From contig JAHRHZ010000111.1 in assembly GCA_024137785.1 (NCBI GenBank), forward strand, positions 34,607,830 to 34,671,829: a DNA stretch of 64,000 bases, in the 5' to 3' direction. Origin of the DNA: Ginglymostoma cirratum. Taxonomy: Eukaryota. Position numbers and translations under genes: made by a program. Position 1 is the first letter of the stretch; the number at the start of each line of letters is the position of its first letter. The notes below the pieces were generated by a model. It worked only from the letters and a program-made list of their open reading frames with translations. It was not told where the DNA came from and searched no databases. This document shows, one piece after another, positions 61,065-64,000 of this stretch.

Positions 61065-62660
61065 TTTAGCATGCATCTTAGAATCCTAAAAGAAGTAGCT
61101 ACTGAGATAATGGATGCACTGGTTTTAATTTTCCAAAAATCTTGGATTCTGGAGAAGTCATGGAGGATTGGAAAATCACCAAAGTGACACCCCTATTCAA
61201 AAAAGGAGGGAGATAGGCAAAAAGCAGGCAACTGTCGGCTGACTAGTCCATCTATTGTTGGAATAGTTTTGGAATCAGTTATTAAAAAATGAATAGCAGA
61301 TCATTTGGAAACCATAATATAATGAAGCAGAGTCAGCATGGTTTCATGAAAGGGAAATCACGTCACACCATCTCATTAGAGTTTTTCAATGAAGTCTCAA
61401 CTAGTGTGGAGAAAGGGGTATCAGTAGATGTGTCTTAGTTGGACTTCCAGAATGCATTTGACAAGGTTAACCTATCAATATCTCTCTGCAAGCTGTTTGT
61501 ATCCTCATCACAACCAGCCTTTCCAATTATTTTTGGTGTCACAAAAGTTTAAGTCATAAGGTAAGAAAGCACGGTGCTAGATGTAGCATATCTGGACTAA
61601 GATTGTGTACCTAGGCACCTTTGTCCCTCAGATAGCATAGAAGTGGCAACTTGTAAACTTTTCACAGTACTCATGTGAGTACATGTGACACTAAACTTCA
61701 TTCAGTTCAGTTCAATATTGGCATTGATAGAGATTTGGCTCTTGGGCAGGAAACAATGAGCAGGGATAAAGGGATAACAAGGTGTAGAGCTGGATGAATG
61801 CAGCAGGCCAAGCAGCATCAGAGGAGCAGGAAGGCTGATGCTTCGGGCCTAGACCCTTCAGGTTCCCTTTCAATGTGCAACCAGTGGGATTCCACAGGGC
61901 TCAGTGTAGAGACAGCAACAGTTCACAATATATATTAGTGACTTGGAGGAAGGAAGCGAATATGCTACAACCAAATTTGTAGATGACACAAAAAAAGGTG
62001 GGAAGGCAGGTTGCAATTGTGATACAGTTTACAGAGGAATATTGATAGGTTAAGTAGGTGGTTGGCAATGGATTATAAAGTGTGAAAATACAAAATTGTT
62101 CATTTTGGAAGGGAAGACAGAAGAACAAAATATTATTTAAATGAAGAAAAACTGCAGAAAGCTGCAACACAATAGGACATGACAGTTCAGAGAATGTTCA
62201 CATGGATGATCTCTGGTGTGGAGATATTTTCTTATGAGCAAAGATTAAGCAGCTTAGGACTCTACTCACTGGAATTTAGAAGAATGAGAAAACGTATGGG
62301 GTTCTTAAGGGTTTGACAGCACTAACTCTGAGAACATGTTTCCCCCAATGGGAGAGTCTAGGACCAGAGGGCATAGTCTCAGAATTAAGGGGTGCCAATT
62401 TAAGTCTGAGATGAGGAGAAATTTATCTCAGAGTGCTGTGAGTCATTGGGACTTTTTGCCTCAGAGAGCAGTGGACCAGAATCCCTGTGCATATTTAAGG
62501 CTGAGATTGATAGATTATTGATTAGTCAGGGTATCAAGGGTTACAGGGAAAGGACAGGAGAGCACTTGTTAGGAGCGTTGAATCAACCATGATTGTATTG
62601 AATGGCAAAGCAGGCTCGAAGGGCCTATTCCTGTTCCTATATCTTACGGCCTTATCATCT
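61065..62660 (+). mobile_element. Decayed CR1 RT region and 3' end with nested inserts
   Basis: 'gaggattgga' (EDW), 'agtcagcatggtttcatgaaagggaaatca' (SQHGFMKGKS), 'gcatttgacaaggt' (AFDKV), 'tttgtagatgacaca' (FVDDT) and MFPPMGESRTRGHSLRIKG. Confidence 0.88.
61772..61860 (-). mobile_element. PLE family A single arm without tail, nested in CR1
   Basis: 'gataacaaggtgtagagctggatgaatgcagcaggccaagcagcatcagaggagcagg...cttcgggcctagacccttca'. Confidence 0.88.
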
Positions 62661-64000
62661 TACGGTCCCTGATTTACAAAGTCATCTGAAGCACTTTTTA
62701 AGTCTGTGTTGCATTCAGTAATAAACTTTGGAGCTGTAATGTGCATCACTGAAATTGTGAGCTGGTGATGGTTGAGCTACTGTGAGAGGTATCATGTACA
62801 ATGGTCTCAGCTGGTGGCCTTGTTCACCTTGAGCCAAACTTGCATTCTTTTGTCTAGTTCAGATAAAAGTGACTTTGCGGATTGCCCAGGGGCTGCTGTT
62901 GGACTCCTGGGCATTGCCGTGCATCTTCCAAACTGATGGTCGTGTGGTAAAAGCTAATGCTGTTATGAACATGATGGACAGAAGGATGTGTTGTCACATG
63001 GTTGGATCAATTAAGCCTGGAGGGTAGCATGCCAATTGGTAAAAATGTGGATCCCTCTCCTGCTACTGCTGCAGGTGGTCCATGGAAAATATAGTGAACT
63101 GGTTTGTTCCTGCAGACACCAGCAATCATTCTCTTTGTGCACTTGTGTGTACACTCTGACTAATGTTACTGCCACTCTCTCTGAAAACCTGGGAAAGAAA
63201 ATTCTTGAAGCAAAGACAAAGTTGCAGGCAAAAACAACTTTGCATGCTCACAGTCGAGGTCAGGATGCAACATGCAGCACAAAGTCATCATAGCCCATTG
63301 TGTGAATCAATGTCGAAAAGGTTAAAATTTCTCAGCAAATTGAGTTAGCCCCCTTCTCTCACTCTGGTAGAACAATTTAAAAAAATGAAATGTTGAAAAG
63401 GGCAGAGTTGCCAGAGTACTGATACATTTGGAGGGTTACGGGACTGCAGGAGGTACAGAGATATGGGACTTTGCGTGTGATTTTCAAAGGGTGTGCTGAG
63501 AAGTCAGGCTTTCACTGGAATTAAGGAATGCATCAGACTAGTAATGCATTAAACACAACTTTACATTAATTGCATAAATATCAGATTTGTGTTAAATTTT
63601 ACTTACAATTATGGTATTTCCTAAAAGCAGAATAAATCTGTCAAAAAAGTCGGAAAATTATGAGAGACTGGGCGATGTGGCCTATGACGAGATTTGAGGT
63701 AGGATCAGATGAGAAATCCTGCAAGGCCTATCTCGATGTGGGAGCATCTTGCTCTGCCTTTTATGATTTTCCCAAGAAGTACGATGAGGCAGCAGCCCCA
63801 AATAAGGGAGATTATAACTTGTTAAACACCTTGTTGATGGCACAACTATTTATATGAACCTCTGATGTGATGTGTCTTGTCATTAAAAATCTTCCTCTGG
63901 TGCTGCCTATTCCTTCAGATCGCTTTAACCTGGGCTGCAATCTGGGACCAGGCGGAAAATGGTGGCATGGCCTGGTGACCACTTCTGGTCCTAGGAGAAG

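Noticed and set aside
63036-63293. ORF with a signal-peptide-like start (MWIPLLLLLQVVHG)
   Set aside because: No recognisable domain, splice structure or promoter context, so probably chance.

Overview
Eukaryotic, repeat-rich non-coding DNA, most likely from a cartilaginous fish (shark), judged from HE1-type SINEs and their CR1/HER1-type partner LINEs. I found no convincing host-gene exon; the short ORFs are TE fragments or noise. The window holds decayed CR1 LINEs (one near full length with an SGNH-esterase ORF1), a second CR1/L2-group LINE with a tail-sharing SINE, Rex1/Babar fragments, Deu-type SINEs, probable solo LTRs and a 400-N gap. The main signal is three families of Penelope-like element (PLE) derivatives, about 16 copies in total. 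They carry minimal hammerhead-ribozyme motifs (CTGANGA-A-stem II-GAAA-palindromic stem III-NUH). Many are short, asymmetric fold-back hairpins with 7-16 bp target-site duplications, a 32-35 nt tail on one arm only, and breakpoints clustered at the ribozyme. One copy keeps a GIY-YIG endonuclease C-terminus. Separately, several short segments are duplicated 0.5-1.1 kb away, inverted or direct, and look like locally templated insertions. Family names come from recalled motifs, not a database search, and boundaries of old repeats are approximate.
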